This document shows, one piece after another, positions 62,179-64,000 of a stretch of DNA of 64,000 nt (positions are counted from its first letter, which is position 1; each line of letters starts with the position of its first letter). The stretch lies in contig OZ024742.1 in the NCBI GenBank assembly GCA_964016885.1, positions 307,892,001-307,956,000 of the forward strand, given 5' to 3'. Under the pieces are notes generated by a model that was given only the letters and a program-made list of their open reading frames with translations, searched no databases and was not told the origin of the DNA. The position numbers were made by a program, and so were the translations under genes. Source of the stretch: Eledone cirrhosa (Eukaryota).

Positions 62179-63477
62179 CTAGAAATTTATTAACATATAT
62201 GTAAACATGAATAATCACAGGAGATAATTTTTACAAGTGTGTAACCACACATAGCTAGGTAGGTAACTAAATAAAGTTGACTAGAACTTCAAAAATAGAT
62301 ACCTTATAATATGATTAACCTTCCCTGTATATATTCCATTAAAGAAATATATTTCACCAATTAATCAGATGGTAAACCACGGAAGTGGAGATTTTGGATT
62401 TTCAACAAGGAAGAAAATATATTCAGCCATCCGTGCTTACACTTCAAGTTCAAATCTGCAACTGGCTACTATCACGTGTTGCATCTATTATAAATAAATA
62501 CACACGCCACAGCAGCTTCGTCCCAGTGGCGTGAATTGGGTTATCGACAACTAGAAACAGCAGTCGAGTCCTTTCAACAGAATTAGCTCTACAATTAAGG
62601 AGCCGTATTTATATATCTATATCCATAATTAAGATAAATTAAATGAATTTAATCTAAATCAAAATTATGGGTGTCATGCCGGAAAGGCATGCGCCATATC
62701 ACCCGGAAAATAAGCTCTAAGATTCTAACAAATAGGTCCGAGCATTTTATAATAACCAGAAATTGATTAACATATATATAAACATGAATAATCACAGGAG
62801 ATAATTTTTACAAGTGTGTAACCACACATAGCTATGTAGGTAACTAAATAAAGTTGACTAGAACTTCAAAAATAGATACCTTATAATATGATTAACCTTC
62901 CCTGTATATATTCCATTAAAGAAATATATTTCACCAATTAATTCTGTTGAAAGGACTCGACTGCTGTTTCTAGTTGTCGATAACCCTATTTACGCCACTG
63001 GGACGAAGCTGCTGTGGCGTGTGTATTTATTTATAATAGATGTGGTAGTAGCCAGTTGTAGATTTGAACTTGAAGTGTAAGCACGGATAGGTGGATATTT
63101 TCTTCCTTGTTGAAAATCCAAAATCTCCACTTCCGTGGTTTACCATCTGATTAATTGGTGAAATATATTTCTTTAATGGAATATATACAGGGAAGGTTAA
63201 TCATATTATAAGGTATCTATTTTTGAAGTTCTAGTCAACTTTATTTAGTTACCTACCTAGCTATGTGTGGTTACACACTTGTAAAAATTATCTCCTGTGA
63301 TTATTCATGTTTATATATATGTTAATCAATTTCTAGTTATTATAAAATGCTCGGACCTATTTGTTAGAATCTTAGAGCTTATTTTCCGGGTGATATGACG
63401 CATACCTTTCCGGCATGACACCCATAATTTTGATTTAGATTAAATTCATTTAATTTATCTTAATTTTGGATATAGAT
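62179..63477. repeat. Partial tandem plus inverted array (X-Y-Z-X | Y'-X'-Z')
   Basis: X at 62179-62365 and 62758-62942; Y 62366-62586 inverted at 62939-63150; X and Z inverted at 63150-63477. Confidence 0.9.
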
Positions 63478-63520
63478 GTATATGTATGTATACATTTTTA
63501 TATATATGTGTATGTATGTG

Positions 63521-63557
<37 letters not shown>

Positions 63558-63943
63558 TTATATGTGTGTGTGTGTGTATTTTTATTTATGTGGTGGTGTA
63601 ACCCTTTGTACTTATGTGTGTGTGTACATTAGTGTGTGTGTATATATATACACATATATATATGTGTATATGATTATATGTATATATATATGTATATATA
63701 TATATATGTATATGTATATATATTTGTATGTAGTTGGTTGTGTGTGTATGTATGGTTTTATATGTATATGCATAATTACATACAGAGTTTTTTAATGCTT
63801 ACTTTTATTGGTTATTTGTTCCAGGAACTGTTGAGTGCTCTTAATCAGCTATAAACATTTATACCTATATTTTTTATTTGTCGTATGCCCTACTATTTGA
63901 AAACCCCTTCCTTCCCTTTATTTTTATTTTGTGTATGTATGTA

Positions 63944-64000
<57 letters not shown>

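Overview
AT-rich, microsatellite-dense eukaryotic DNA. The SINE and repeat repertoire suggests an octopus/cephalopod genome (inference). No host protein-coding gene can be supported. Bases 1-12.6 kb are a nest of non-LTR retrotransposons inserted in (TAA/ATT)n tracts: two R4/Dong-like RLE families (one near full length), L1/Tx1-like fragments and tRNA-derived SINEs. The rest holds two decayed Penelope-like elements (RT + GIY-YIG), further Penelope and RTE remnants, a non-autonomous Helitron, a Tc1/mariner-type MITE, SINEs with target-site duplications and long (TA)n/(CA)n tracts. The main signal is about 19 complete or degenerate type I hammerhead ribozyme (HHR) motifs from roughly ten sequence families, read by eye. 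Most lie in short non-coding, microsatellite-flanked fold-back insertions whose arms are head-to-head with both 3' ends pointing outward. They include a U3-A8 core variant and a tandem, retrozyme-like HHR-bounded unit. All folds were paired by hand; none was computed or tested.
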